Shown here piece by piece: positions 1-9,288 of a stretch of 20,000 nt of DNA; position 1 is the first letter of the stretch; each line of letters begins with the position of its first letter. The notes below the pieces were generated by a model. It did no database searches. It worked only from the letters and a program-made list of their open reading frames with translations, and had not been told where the DNA came from. Origin of the DNA: Peribolospora baueri (Eukaryota); contig JAMDHS010000096.1 in assembly GCA_029717555.1 (NCBI GenBank), positions 57,184 through 77,183 on the forward strand, read 5' to 3'. The position numbers and the translations under genes are program-made.

Positions 1-107
1 GAGTCAACGTTGCCGGGGCCCGGAAAACTCACTCCGTCGGTGCAAGGACGAATGGCCCGATCGGTTTTGCCCCTCACAGCGAACTCGCGTTGTCGCAGCT
101 CGGCCAT

Positions 108-149
108 CAGCTCTGAGACATTCATCAGCAGCTCTCAGACATTCATCGG
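108..149. repeat. 21-bp tandem duplication (2 copies, 2 mismatches)
   Basis: CAGCTCTGAGACATTCATCAG (108-128) followed directly by CAGCTCTCAGACATTCATCGG (129-149). Confidence 0.85.
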
Positions 150-176
150 ACCGTGGGCGTTTGGACAGGCGTTTTT

Positions 177-281
177 GGTTTCGCATTTGAACTTGGATTT
201 CGGTTTTCGCAATTGAACTGGGATTTCCGAATCGCACCCTAAACTGACGTTTCTAGAATCACATCCGAACTGGGGTTTTTG
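177..281. repeat. Degenerate 26-bp-period minisatellite, about 4 copies
   Basis: The core (G/A)AACT recurs at 189, 215, 241 and 267 (exact 26-nt period). Each is preceded by TCGCA/TCACA and followed by a TTT run. Confidence 0.7.
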
Positions 282-1293
282 GAATTCCTCATTCGTAACG
301 CCGACGGCGCCGCACTTCGCCTCATCTCTGCTGTCCAACCACCGTTCCTCTTCCTTCGACTACGTACGGCTTTGATCGCAATCGATTGGTATGAGGGGTC
401 GCCGCCAGCTCCGTGCACTCCACTGGACACCATCAGATGTTCATAGATCGCTCCCACGGTAACTAGCAGGTGCATAAGGAGCGGGCCTGCGCCTAGGACC
501 TCTTGCAAGGGCGAGAGGGATGGGCGGATGACCCCCGGGGACGCCCTTACAGTCGCTACTGTGCGACCGACCTGCTGGGACGACCTCACCCGAACAAGCT
601 ACGCCGCCCTGGCTCTACGTCACAGGGGTCAGGGGCGCAAGCGAGGCCTTGCCTTGCTCCCGTACGGATGGTCGAAGCCCGGTAGCGCTATGAGCTATGA
701 TAGATGCAGCGGCGATCGCCCATAGAAGCCGGGCCGGGAGAACCTGGGTCACGGTGTCTGATCAGTTTTGTGGGCCTTGCTGTGCCACATCCAGGTCCAC
801 TTTCCGGTGCCACCCCCACGTCACATCCGCTGTGAAGGGCGGATGCTGCTCGGTCGTCCTTGATCTTCTCACACAGCCGCCGTAGACCGCTACCACCCAC
901 CAACATGTCATCGGCGCAGCTGCTGTTAGGCTCCTACATCATCCGTCCCACCACTGGGAACGGACATGACCCGTGGGCAAATGGCAGCTCGCGTTTCGCC
1001 GTGAATGCGATAGGGTTTCACCGACCGCAAGAAAAAAAAAGATGGACTAACTAGACCATCGTTGCCTCCATCGTTTCGACGGCGCCTCGGTTCACGCGAT
1101 CATTCTCTTCCCGTCGTCCTCCGCCCCAATCGTTATCCGGGCTCGCCTCCGTCTTCTGCGTACCGAAGCAGAAGCATGTGGCGTGGAACAAATCCCACCG
1201 TCCCTATAACCCTGACCGTTCCCCCCCCCCTCCCCATCTCAGCTCTCTCTTTCGCTCGTCCCTCGACGTTGTCTCTTCACCTTGCTCGTCGTC

Positions 1294-4200
1294 ATGGGTC
1301 CTTCAGGGGTGCTCGCCGTCGGCGCTGCCCTCGCTCTCTCGTTCTCTTCGCAGGCGTTAGCTTCTTGCTCCTGTGGCTATCGCGACCCCGTCACCGGCGC
1401 TCTCTGGACGGATGCCACAATCACCTACTTCAACGAAACAGCCACCCTCTCCGAGCTGACTCACAGCAACACCACTCGTCCGGCCCCTTACGAGCTCGGA
1501 AACATCACCAGTTTCACAGAGTATGACTTTTCAGCCACTTACCGGACCGCCGACTGGCCTTCCAACGTGGCACTCAACAATTGGAATGGCCTCGAGCTTT
1601 CGGCGCTCCCGCCCATCAAGGACCACATCGTGCCTGGTTCCAGTATAAGGACTGTCAGGGAGGACATCTTGTACGGAAGTCTACGAGTCCAGGTCAAGGT
1701 GCGAAGAGGGTGACACTGCTTTCGCATCTTGGACTCGTAGGGGCTTTCTAATCCTTGCTTTTTCTATGACGTTTGCCAGCCTCCGGATCCCAATCTCGGG
1801 GGAACAGCACTCACATTGTCTGCGACCTACAACGACTCGTCTTATTTGGAGTACGACATCATGACAAAGAACAAGAAGGCCGACGCAGCCATCAGATACT
1901 CGCTCGGTACCGGCAGGCAGTCTTTTGAGCCTGTCACGTTCAACCTCAGTTCCCTCGACGACGATGAGCAGGGATGGGACTGGCACGAACATCGAATCGA
2001 CTGGCTGCCGGACGATGCCTATTTCTCCAATGATGCCAGCAATAAGACTTTGACATTGCACGTCGACGGAAAGCACGTCGACCTTCCCACCGTTCCTGCT
2101 CCCTTCGAGGTCAGGCATTGGTCTAACGGCGCAAATGATACCAGCCAAGGACCTCCGACCAAGTCCACGCGTCCGGAGGCGTACATCCGCTACATGCGCC
2201 TGTTCTACAACTCGTCTTTGCCAGCTCGTCAGCAGGCGTTTGTGGAAGGATGCCGGGCCTCGTCAGATCAAGTGTGTAGCACAGAGGACGACACGATTCG
2301 GGACAACACTCCCTTTGATATGGCCTCGACGTTGCCATACGTATACGTCCGGAAGAGCAAGCCAATCCCGCTTTACTCCATTTACATGACGTCCATATCC
2401 GGGGGGCTCTTTGTCATCCTAATGATGCATGCGATCGCCTCACGCGTCATCAAGGCCAGGGCGTCCAAGAAGGCCCAGGCGCCTCCTTCCCAAGGTACTG
2501 AACACGTCGAGCCTCCGGAGGATAAAGACGTCGAAGGTCCAGGTTACTGGGACGAAGACGACTCCTCTACCAAGGCCGATTCCGTCTCTGGCAGAGACAA
2601 GAAGGGGTGGGACGTCGATGCCCTCGAAGATCAGTTGGAAGGCGACGCCAAGGACAAATCCAAGTATACCTGGAATGGCCAGCGTCGGTCCATCCTCACC
2701 GCTAACCTGCTCTATGTACCCCCACTCTACCTCCAAGACGCAAGTTTGGATGGCCAGGGCAAACTCCTGGACTACGTCATGGCTCTCGAAAGCGCTGCCC
2801 AACCGTCGGGTGGGGCCGGGATTTACTCTGCGTCAACCCCTGCTGTCGAGACGCCCGTCGGCGAATGGGCCGCGGACGATGCGGCCCCCGAGTCAGGAAT
2901 GGAGCAGCCTGCCCCGGCGCCGAGCGCGTCTCGCTACCTCTCCCGCGCGTCTTCCTTCATGGACATTCCCGGATACGGCGGCCCGGCCACCCCCATCTAT
3001 CCCTCCACCCCTTGGGCTCACCTTCCTCCTGGACCACTTCGTCTCGTGCCCTGGGAGCCGTCAAAGGACGAGGAGGAGAACGCCGCGGTAGGTACGCTCG
3101 CTGTCAAGAAGGGCAAGCCTTGGGACGTGGAGAAACCCAGGACACTCAAGGAGAAGCTCAAGGCCGCCTACGGGAAACTCTTCGTCGGAGGCAGCGCGAA
3201 GAAGACGGCCAGTGGCACTGCGAGGGTCGAGTATTTGGATGGTCTAAGAGGTGAGGCAGACATCCTTGGTTCATCGAACTCTCCCGATGACGCTGATAGA
3301 GATCGAATTGATCTCGCTTCCTTTCCTCTTACCCCGTTCAGGCTTCGCTTGTTTCGCCGTATCGTTCCACCACTTCATGCTCACGTATTACATCGGCTGC
3401 TCCAGGTGCGTCTAGTCCCCGATTCATGGTTGCTATCTGGGTGGCGTTGTTTAGGCTGCTGACGCCCAATCCGCCTTCCCACAATAAAAAAAGCCCCCGC
3501 ATGCCCCGCCATTATCCGGAGATGGAGAAGTGGTGGAGGATCCTTCTCCAGCCCATCCTGATGAATGGTGGACTCAACGTCGGTGAGGAGCAACGTGTCG
3601 CTCTGCCCTTCAAGACCTTATCCGCACGCTTTTCCGAAGATGAGCGCTCACTCTTTCCTTCCCCGCGCTTTCAGGCATCTTTTTTGTCCTCTCCGCTCGG
3701 GTCATCGCCAACCGCTACCTGGTCAAGGGCAGGATGATGGATCTCGCTGAAGCGACTTTTCGCCGTTTGCCACGTCTGGCGGTGCCGATCACTGCAGGTA
3801 CGCTCCTCTCTTCGTGTCCTCTGGGTTCGATGCTGGTATACAGTCCGCCTCTCATATCACCCGAGCCATCTTTCCTGCGGTTTTCTCTCTGTTCTTCAAG
3901 GGGTGGTGCTTAACTACCTCGGAATGGAGGTCGGCATATTCAACAGGATGGCCCACCTGTCCTCTCGCACTTGGTCGACATGGCCCTACATCGTCGACTA
4001 CAACAACTTGGGCTACGCCCTCAACGATTGGCTGGAGCTCTGGTTCACAATCCCACCTGGTATACCGAACGTGATCTCGACGTACGCCACGGGTATCCTC
4101 TGGACAGTTCCCATCATCGTCCAGACCTCCTGGACGGTGTTTACCTGCGCGTTGGTTTCCCGCGAAATGACCAACCCGAAGAAGCGGTTCAGCTTCTACC

Positions 4201-5175
4201 TCGTTTGCATATTATTGTCCTGGTACGCCAACGACTGGGGTTACTTTTTCCTCACTGGCCTCGCCATCGCGGATGCCGACAACTTGCTCAACTACCGCGA
4301 CATCGCCGCCAAGGGACTCCACTTCATCCCTTTTGCCCGTCTCCGCGCTCGCCTTCCCGCCTTGCTCGCCAACGCCACTTTCCACGGGCAATGGCTCGCT
4401 TGGCTGCTTTTCTTCATCGGAGCAGCCTTCCGCTATGTGGAAGGAGCCACCGAGTTCAACATCGTCGACTTGGAATTTGAGGCCCACCCGGACTGGACAA
4501 GTGGCTATCCGGAGAAATGGACGCAGAACGCGCCCACCTACCAAGTCCCACGCTTTTAGTGAGTCGACAAGCCTATCATCGATGCGAATACTCAGATTGA
4601 GGTTACTGACTCTGTCCGCCACGTCCTGTTCTCCTATCTTTCTCACTCATCTATAGCGACTACCTCTGGGTCATGGCGACCTTTTTGCTCTGTGACTTGT
4701 CCCCAGCTTTCTCCGGCTTCTTCCGTCTCAAGATTTGGTCCGCCCTCGGCCGCAATGCGTTCTCGCTCTACCTGCTGCACGGTGAGCTTGATTCGACGTG
4801 ACGCAAATGTGACTCCTAGTAGCTCCCTCTCTTATCCCCGTTCTTTGTCCGCGTTTCCTCATCGCGTTCAGGCTTCATCTTCTGGAGCTGGGGCGCTTGG
4901 CTGCAGCTGGCCTTGCTCAATGTTGGCTGGCCTTATGTGAGTACACTGGCGCGATCGTGTATCGCCTCGTCGTCCCATCCCATACACGGCTGACGTCGTG
5001 CGCTGCTTTCGTCTTTTCTGTTCAGTGGGCCGCAACGCTGTTCAACCTCGTCACCTCGTACGCATGGCTCGCGGTCCTGTGCGAGTTGTTTACTCGCACA
5101 TTTGACAACTGGGGCATTTCCTTTTCGAGGGCTCTTTGGAGAGAAGCCACCGGTGGGCTGGGCCGCCGGCTGTGA
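1294..5175 (+). CDS. Membrane protein fusing an N-terminal GH16-like (beta-jelly-roll) domain to a C-terminal acyltransferase-3 (AT3) domain, about 1049 aa, 9 exons
   Basis: Proposed join(1294..1698,1780..3250,3342..3405,3494..3582,3675..3797,3901..4558,4657..4781,4872..4936,5026..5175) = 3150 nt, all GT..AG with consistent phases. Signal peptide MGPSGVLAVGAALALSFSSQALA then SCSCGY. GH16-type motifs DILYGSLRV, EYDIM, WHEHRIDW, HWSNG..GPP. TM helix at about 2371-2439. AT3 motifs that assemble after splicing: YLDGLRGFACFAVSFHH, IFFVLSA, FRRLPRL, LGRNAFSLYLLHG. Confidence 0.88.
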
Positions 5176-5608
5176 TGCTTCTAGCTGTTTTTCCTCTTCG
5201 CTCCGTTTTTTGGCTGTTCTCCTCGATGTTACTTTTACCCATTTCCAGCATACTCGCGTTGATTTCTAATACCATCCACGCGCCCGAATGCGACGTCATA
5301 TCTCACGGGATGAAAATGTGAGAGCGTGGAATTGTCGTTGACACGGCAGATGTCGAGGTCATGATACCGAGTAAAGAGAGAGGAAGGCTCGAGGCGGTCG
5401 GTCGGACCCCCCCGCAGACCGGGCGCGCCGCGTAGATTGTAGGGTTAAGCGGGAGCGCTTCGCGACGGTCGATCCGTATTCCCTCTCTCCTCCTCAGCAA
5501 CGGTTCCGACTTGACGACTCTCGATTTCACGACCACACTCTCTCCACCACTCTCGCGCGTACCTCCACCGCGCCCCGGCTTGACGCTGGGAAAGAAAGCT
5601 CGCGCCTC

Positions 5609-7647
5609 ATGGATGGAGAGCCCCCGGCGGCTGGCCTCGCCGAGCGCGCCAGCGGCATTGTATCATTGTCTTGGTCGTGGTTGAGCAGACGACGACGACA
5701 ACGACGGGCGCCGTCGTATCTGCCCTTTATACCTTCTTTTGTCGGTTTCTTTCTCTTTCAGCTCGCAGTGCGCTTGGTCTCAGCCCAGGGCCCTTTGCCG
5801 TCTTCCTTCCCGTCTCTCTCGTCTTCCGCGCCGCCGTCCGCCGCGACGGCGGTGGAGGCGGGAGCGGGGACGGCCGACTCTCCGATAGAGATCGCAGACA
5901 ACAGCATCGTCACCGCTGTCGTGTCCAACTCCAACTCGACCATATTCCACTTTCCCACCTTCTCCGCGCCCCAGGCGTACATCACGCTCTCTATATGCTC
6001 CGGCCCACAACCGGTGTCACCGGAACAACTTCGGTTGTATGTCAGCACGGACCCGAGTAACACGGCACCAGGGCCGAGCAAGCCGCCGAGCGAGCCTCGC
6101 CTGTCGGCCAATGCTACCCTTGGCTTTGCGAACGTGACTGCAGAGAGCACGAGCGCCAATGGAATTTGGGTCGGGGTGTGGCCGCCGACCGGTTCTCAGT
6201 CTGGCGGTCCACAGGGTATTTGGAGCTTTCAGCTTGGCGCCTCTACGTCGTGTGAGTGGGCGTGGATCGCTATGGGATACGAGTTTGTTGCAGGTGCCTA
6301 GACAAGAGAGAGTCGCTCATGACCTTCTTATCTTTCACCCCAGCCCCATTACATACCGTCCACAATTTCGCAGGGTTGGGCTTCGACGATACGGACGCGA
6401 CGCACGCTCTGCTTACGTCCTACAACTATACCAGCTCTCCCAACGTCTCCTCCACCTTTGTCGCGCCTAACCTGACGGCCGTCTTACTGCCCACTTACCC
6501 CAACGGCTCAGTGGCGCCATCGGCCGGCCACCCCGTGGGGTCGAACACGACTTCCTTCTATCTCTCTCGTTCGTTCTGCGCCCTCACGCAAGCGCCCGAG
6601 CGCGTTCCGGGCAATCAAGCGAACGCGAGCGCGACGACGAGAGGTGTGGGCGGAGGTTGGCGTACGCAATTCGAGTGGGAGGGGCTGCAGAAGAGCACGA
6701 ATTACTCGGCTTGGCTCATCAAGGGCGACGGGTCACGGGGTGGAGGGCTCGGAGGCGAGCTTTGGTCACGTATCATGTTCAGGACGAAGAGCAGTGAGTG
6801 AAGGCTCGATTCGTTGGTGCCTTTTCGACGCCGCCTTGAGCTGGACGGCCCGACAGGCCGATATTGACTAGGATTGCTCCCTCGCCCTGACGGCGCAACA
6901 GGCGACGCCTGCGCGCTCGTTCACTCGCTCGACTTTTGCCCCAATGTGGCCTACGCCGTCCCAGCGCCGTCGGGTCCCGGGGCGATCTCGATGGACGCAG
7001 CACTGGGGGTGTACAACTCGACAGTGTCTCCCAACTTTGCCAACTTTACGCAGACGATGTCCACGTACCCGTGCGGGATAACGTTGTACTCGCCAGTGAA
7101 GACGTGCGCGGACTGCAATGCGGCTTACCGGGACTGGCTGTGTGCGGTATCGATGCCTCGGTGCACGGATGTGGGGGGGACACAGGTGGAGGGTCAGTTG
7201 GAGGCCAATGGTACGCTGTCCACCGTGGCACCGCCGGCGACGTTGGGACGGACGCCAGGGAGCGCGAACGCGTCGGTGGCCTCTCGAAACCCTTTGATCG
7301 ATTCGGACATCAAGCCTGGGGCCTATGACGAGGTGCCGCCTTGCCTGGAGGTGTGCAACGCGGTGGCACGGGCGTGCCCGGCGTTCTTGTCGTGGGTGTG
7401 CCCGACGTGGGGCGTGACGGCGGAAATGAGCTACGGCAACTTTATTCCCGGTAGCGGCGGCAGGGGGGGGGCGAAGGGGGCGGCATCGGACGTGTATGGG
7501 AACGTATGGTGCAACGGGATGGGCGTCGACCAGGTGCTCGCGGAGAACGCGGGCGTACGTTCTTCTGTCGCTCCTTCGTCGGCGTTGGCAGTCGTCGTCG
7601 TCCTGGCTGCCGGTTTTTCTTTTTCTCCCTTGCCCTTGCTCTTGTAA
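5609..7647 (+). CDS. MID1: Mid1, regulatory subunit of the Cch1 (stretch-activated) Ca2+ channel, about 612 aa, 3 exons
   Basis: Proposed join(5609..6251,6344..6793,6902..7647) = 1839 nt, GTGAGT donors and CAG acceptors. Hydrophobic signal-like segment, YITLSICSGP, many N-x-S/T sites, and the Cys-rich Mid1 C-terminal region CALVHSLDFCPNVAYAVP...YSPVKTCADCNAAYRDWLCAVSMPRC...YDEVPPCLEVCNAVARACP. Confidence 0.9.
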
Positions 7648-8108
7648 GCGAGCGAGGTTCTACAGTCGTGATAGTACCCTCTAGAGATAGAACGCGCATG
7701 TACAACTGGGCACCCACACTTGACGTATTTTTTCTTTCGGACCTTTGGTTTTTTTCCTCTTTTCCACTCATCGCGCTGCGCTCCCATCTTCGTCACCGGA
7801 CTGGACTATCTGTTCGTACGCCGTTTTTCCGTCTTGACTCTCGCCTCCGTCTGCGCGTCTGTACTCTGTCGTCGTTCTGTTCGTCCCAATCTATCTATGT
7901 CCGTCGAAAAAAAAAAAGAAAAAAAAAGAAAGGCGAGCGGAGAAGTCGCACGACGGGTGGGCTGGGCTGTGCCGGGGCCGTGTTTGTGTTTGCCGGGGCG
8001 ACGAGGAGGAGACGATCCGACGGGGGCTTTGAGCGGCGGTTGGGACGGCGCGTGGTGAGCCTTGCTTCTCCCTACTCGGTTTTCCGATTTTCCGGACGAC
8101 GACGACGA

Positions 8109-8160
8109 CCCATCCCATCCGTCAATCCATCCATCCATCCATCTATCCATCCATCCGTCC
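8109..8160. repeat. Imperfect (CCAT)n microsatellite
   Basis: CCCATCCCATCCGTCAATCCATCCATCCATCCATCTATCCATCCATCCGTCC. Confidence 0.85.
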
Positions 8161-8440
8161 GGCCGCACGGTCCGTTCCCTCCGGCCGGAAGTTCCATCCA
8201 CGCGGCCCATCCACGCGCTTCCTTTCGTTTCCCTTAAAGACGACGCACGACGACGATCCGGGCCGTTCGGCTCGAGCGACCCGCGGCATGCGGCACGGCA
8301 CGCGTCGTCCCGGGGCCAAGCCTTCACTTAGCGAGCGAACGAGCGAGCGTGCGATTAATGGGTCTTGTGGATGCTGCTGCGGACGTGGAGGCGGATTAAA
8401 CCATCTTTTGCCCGTGGGCGGTGGGAGGCGGTGGGAGGAG

Positions 8441-8470
8441 AGAGGAGAGGAGAGGAGAGGAGAGGAGAGG
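8441..8470. repeat. (AGAGG)6 microsatellite
   Basis: Six perfect AGAGG units. Confidence 0.9.
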
Positions 8471-8726
8471 AGACGGGTGGCATAGACGGCGGGTGTCGTG
8501 GAGGTTGCGGGAAGGATGGAAGGAAGGAAGGAGAGAAGGAAGAAGAGTAACAAGCAAGCAGAGCTGATCTGATACACTTGATTGGAACGTCTTTCATCGT
8601 CCGATGATCGACCGAGTAGTCAGCATGGAGGCCGCTCGGTCGGTCGGCTCTCATCGATGGTGATGATCGTCGTCGTCGTCGTCGCTTCCTCCACTCCACC
8701 TCTCCTTCCTCCTCCGTGACCAGACC

Positions 8727-8729
<3 letters not shown>

Positions 8730-8757
<28 letters not shown>
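8730..8757. repeat. (AGAC)7 microsatellite
   Basis: Seven perfect AGAC units. Confidence 0.9.
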
Positions 8758-9288
8758 TAGCGAGCCTCCTCTCTAGCCCCTCTCCACTCCACCGTCTCAC
8801 CGCCAAGCCAAGGCTGTGTCGCCGTCTGCGGTTGCCGCCGACGCCGACGGCTGTCTCTGTCTGCGCTTTGGTTCCTTCGCCACGCCGCCCAGCAACGCTC
8901 CTCCGATCGTCCATCCGTCCGTCCGCCCGACGGTTGGTTGGTTGAGTTGTCCGTCACACGCTCATCATCGTCGTCGTCGTCATCATCGTATCTATCGTCT
9001 TCCTCTTCCTTTTCCTCTCTCACGCGCTCGCTCCTCCTTCAACTCGCTCCTCCTCCTCCCCGCAATCTCCCCCTTCCCTCTTCCATGTCCTCTCTACACC
9101 TCCAAGCCCAGTCACCCTTCGACCGCAAGGATACCCCGCTTCAGCTCTCTCGCATTTCCCCGCTCTCCGCCTCCGTCTTCGTCTCCCTCTCTTCAGCTCG
9201 CCCTTGATCGCTTCTTGCGACGTCACCGCTACTCAGTTCGGCGCACCTCTTTCCCGCTATCGCTCGTCGCCACCCGCACCCGCCCCCC

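Noticed and set aside
108..281. CRISPR-like array
   Set aside because: Units are contiguous with no unique spacers, the context is eukaryotic and no cas genes are present.
239..1054. Short ORFs upstream of the first gene
   Set aside because: No recognisable motifs or spliceable model; mostly non-ATG starts.
2664..2737. Possible intron in exon 2 of the fusion gene (GTATAC, GCTAAC branch-like site, AAG)
   Set aside because: 74 nt is not a multiple of 3, so removal would shift out of the frame leading to the AT3 motif. The unspliced frame is open and the donor is weak.
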